A stretch of 64,000 bases of DNA from Cellvibrionales bacterium (GTDB lineage: Bacteria; Pseudomonadota; Gammaproteobacteria; Pseudomonadales; UBA7239). The position numbers and the translations under genes were made by a program. The stretch spans positions 923,762 through 987,761 of the forward strand of contig JADJPU010000001.1 in the NCBI GenBank assembly GCA_016713115.1. Direction: 5' to 3'. Under the pieces are notes generated by a model. The model ran no database searches, was not told where the DNA came from, and saw only the letters and a list, made by a program, of their open reading frames with translations. Below, one piece after another: positions 60,155-64,000 of the stretch. Each line of letters begins with the position of its first letter. Within the stretch, counting starts at the first letter, position 1.

Positions 60155-61452
60155 TGCTCCAGCAAACGCGCGATTTGACCGTCAAGCAGTGCGCGCTGGC
60201 TCTGCACAAAGTTGGCAATGCGGAAAAATGGCTTTCCACTTTCGCCGTGTTCTACCACGAGCGATAACTTGTCTTGTGTCTGCAACAACTCACCCACTTC
60301 TGCGCTGACAGCCAACTGCCCATTGCCCACTTGATGACACAACCAATGACTGCGCTGCTCTTCCGCAGCCTGTTGTCGATTGCGCAAAATATCGTTATCA
60401 CACGGCAAGTGGCGATCCAGAGCCAGTGTCCACTGCAGCTGGATCCCTAACTCCTCATCACGACAGGCTTGTAACACGCCCATCAATACCTCTGCGCAAC
60501 AGGCCGCGCGCAACAAGACTTCCGCCAAATCAACTGCATCTGCCGGCATCGCCAATTTGAGACAAGAGCCAGCCATAGGCATACGCTGCGCGTTATACAA
60601 GCGCGCAGTTTTTTTAACGCAGTGCTGTAACTGATCGAGCAAGGCGCGCAAACGGTCGCGGCTTATCTGTCGCTGCAATACATCAATATTGCGGCACTCC
60701 AACAACACATACACATAGCCGTCATTGTTGTGCAACAAATCAGCGGCAGCATCATTTAATTGTGCTTGCGAAGGTGTTTGAATTTGCTGCGTGTGCCGTT
60801 GCAATTGAGCCATCAGTTGGCGCATTTCATTTTCATTGAGTTGAGAGGGGCGCTCTGTAAAGCAAGCATCCATCACTTCTTGCGGAACGGACTCTAGCAA
60901 TACCATCGATAAGTCAGTGCGCTGTTGACGAATTTCGCGTGTGAAGTAGTAACTGAGCACCCAAAATAATACCAGCGCCAACATCACCAGTGCCGCTAAT
61001 AGCCAGAGTGTTTCAGGGAACAGATGTTCGATTTTTTCTGTTTCTAATGTCACCGCTACACTGCCGGTCAAATTATCACCGAGACTGAGCGTAGCAGAGT
61101 AATTGCGTAGATAAGCGCGATGCGTTAACTCGCTAGGCGTTGCGCCGGCCTGCGCTAACAAATTATTGCTGGCATCGTAAATACTGACACTGACAACACT
61201 CGGCACTTTCATCAAACGCGAGAGCTGCGCCTGCAGCTCAATTTGATCATGCTGCAAAGTGGCGTCGAGCGTGTTTTGTGCCAATTGTTCGGCCACGGCA
61301 GAACCGTAGGCATCCATCGCGTTGTTCACCACCAAGCCAACACGCGCCGTAAAAAAAATCCCAATAATTAAAAAAACAGCGGCCAGTATCGCGCCGTATG
61401 CCACCACCAAACGCAGCAGCAACGATCTTTTTAAAAAATCCACAAACTTCAT
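60151..61452 (-). CDS. bitopic membrane protein: AhpA/YtjB(Smp)-like N-terminal TM-periplasmic-TM module plus a ~250-aa cytoplasmic domain of unknown function
   Basis: TM1 LVVAYGAILAAVFLIIGIFF, a ~130-aa periplasmic segment (…VVSVSIYDASNNLLAQAG…), TM2 LWLLAALVMLALVLFWVLSYYF, then a soluble tail. The family call is tentative. Confidence 0.5.
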   Translation of the reverse strand: MKFVDFLKRSLLLRLVVAYGAILAAVFLIIGIFFTARVGLVVNNAMDAYGSAVAEQLAQNTLDATLQHDQIELQAQLSRLMKVPSVVSVSIYDASNNLLAQAGATPSELTHRAYLRNYSATLSLGDNLTGSVAVTLETEKIEHLFPETLWLLAALVMLALVLFWVLSYYFTREIRQQRTDLSMVLLESVPQEVMDACFTERPSQLNENEMRQLMAQLQRHTQQIQTPSQAQLNDAAADLLHNNDGYVYVLLECRNIDVLQRQISRDRLRALLDQLQHCVKKTARLYNAQRMPMAGSCLKLAMPADAVDLAEVLLRAACCAEVLMGVLQACRDEELGIQLQWTLALDRHLPCDNDILRNRQQAAEEQRSHWLCHQVGNGQLAVSAEVGELLQTQDKLSLVVEHGESGKPFFRIANFVQSQRALLDGQIARLLEH

Positions 61453-61454
61453 GC

Positions 61455-61850
61455 TTATCCCTTCGCATTCTGTATAGAAATCTGGTCATTGAGTGTCCAG
61501 AAATCATAAAGAATGCCCAGGCCACATAAACCCGCCGTCAACAAATACAGAATGCCAGTCAACCATTTGCCTTGATACATTCTGTGCACGCCAAACAACC
61601 CCAGAAAGGTCAGCAATATCCATGCGAGGTTGTAATCGATACTGCCGGCGTTGAAACGCAAGTCGGCTTGTCTATCCATGCTGGGAATTAAAAATAAATC
61701 GATCAACCAGCCTATGCCGAGCAAGCCCAGAGTGAAAAACCATATCGTGCCGGTTACTGGCTTGCCGTAATAAAAACGGTGCGCCCCGAGAAATCCGAAA
61801 ATCCATAACAGATAACCGATGACCTTGAGATGTGTATCGCGTTGCGTCAT
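61455..61850 (-). CDS. TM2-domain membrane protein (two TM2 hairpins)
   Basis: ...IGYLLWIFGFLGAHRFYYGKPVTGTIWFFTLGLLGIGWLIDLFLIP... and a second copy LLTFLGLFGVHRMYQGKWLTGILYLLTAGLCGLGILYD. Start at ATG 61850 (AAGGG 7 nt upstream). The track ORF begins at TTG 61874. Confidence 0.75.
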   Translation of the reverse strand: MTQRDTHLKVIGYLLWIFGFLGAHRFYYGKPVTGTIWFFTLGLLGIGWLIDLFLIPSMDRQADLRFNAGSIDYNLAWILLTFLGLFGVHRMYQGKWLTGILYLLTAGLCGLGILYDFWTLNDQISIQNAKG

Positions 61851-61881
61851 GACAATACCCTTAAGCTGATGCAACGGTGCA

Positions 61882-63602
<1,721 letters not shown>

Positions 63603-63739
63603 AAACGCGGCATTCTAACGCCTGCCTGTCTTGCGCCACAGTGCTTGCAAATCCTTTACAATGCGGCGCTTTACTGCCCGCCCGAACACCTCGCGTCTGC
63701 GGCTCTCGGGAACGCACTGCACTGCATGGAAACGACTTG

Positions 63740-64000
63740 ATGAACCCGATTCTGCCCTCCGCGCGACTTCACTTAGCGCGCCTGACATTGACCGGCTTAG
63801 GACTGGTGCTCGCCACCGCGACTTCAATCTCTGCACAAGCATCCGGCTGGGATTGCAACCTGAATGAACGCGGTGAATGGCTGTGTCAAACCGGCACCGG
63901 CGTCACCTCAGAAAGCGGCGCAGAGGTCGCTACCAGCAAGCCTCAACAATCCGCAGAGGATGCAACGATTGAAGCCATTGCTTACGGTCGCACCGACACA
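63740..64000 (+). CDS. lptD: LPS-assembly outer-membrane protein LptD, N-terminal fragment (continues beyond the window)
   Basis: Not in the track (no stop before the window end). ATG 63740 gives MNPILPSARLHLARLTLTGLGLVLATATSISAQA/SGWDCNLNERGEWLC..., a signal peptide plus the early GWDC motif seen in Pseudomonas LptD. It is divergent from amgK. Confidence 0.7.
   Translation, partial: MNPILPSARLHLARLTLTGLGLVLATATSISAQASGWDCNLNERGEWLCQTGTGVTSESGAEVATSKPQQSAEDATIEAIAYGRTDT

Overview
This is a 64-kb chromosomal segment of a gammaproteobacterium. Its housekeeping gene order resembles Pseudomonas/Cellvibrio-type genomes: gshA; hisI-hisE-tatABC; typA; rpiA-ubiCA; rph-crc-pyrE-slmA-argB-algC-coaBC-radC-rpmBG-mutM-coaD-rsmD-ftsYEX; hrpB; trpE; fis-purH-purD; ypjD-yfjD; murU-amgK divergent from lptD. 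I support about 55 protein genes, one complete IS3-family element and several rho-independent terminators. I recognised no rRNA, tRNA or CRISPR.

Stand-out observations:
1. A 2,364-aa secreted protein (40909..48003, minus). It has about 40 in-register 120-nt units (about 80 thrombospondin type-3 Ca-binding motifs) fused to seven FG-GAP repeats. The array includes 16 head-to-tail copies that are identical at the nucleotide level (45061..46980).
2. An intact IS3-family element with a 3-bp target duplication, sitting 49 bp upstream of that gene. It separates the gene from a LadS/RetS-like 7TM hybrid histidine kinase whose ATP-binding domain looks degenerate.
3. A tightly coupled four-gene minus-strand cluster (8070..16386): ampG-like permease, a 569-aa membrane protein, a 1,377-aa bipartite membrane protein and a patatin lipase. 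Its function is unknown.
4. Four housekeeping genes (gshA, tatC, coaBC, ftsE) are frame-broken at short homopolymers, and a P450 gene carries an in-frame TAG. The frameshift pattern looks like assembly error rather than biology, which also bears on how far the repeat copy number can be trusted.

Limits: everything comes from reading the sequence and the supplied ORF track. Family assignments rest on motifs and remembered homologues, not searches. Start codons are judgement calls. GC statements are by-eye estimates from a few sampled lines.
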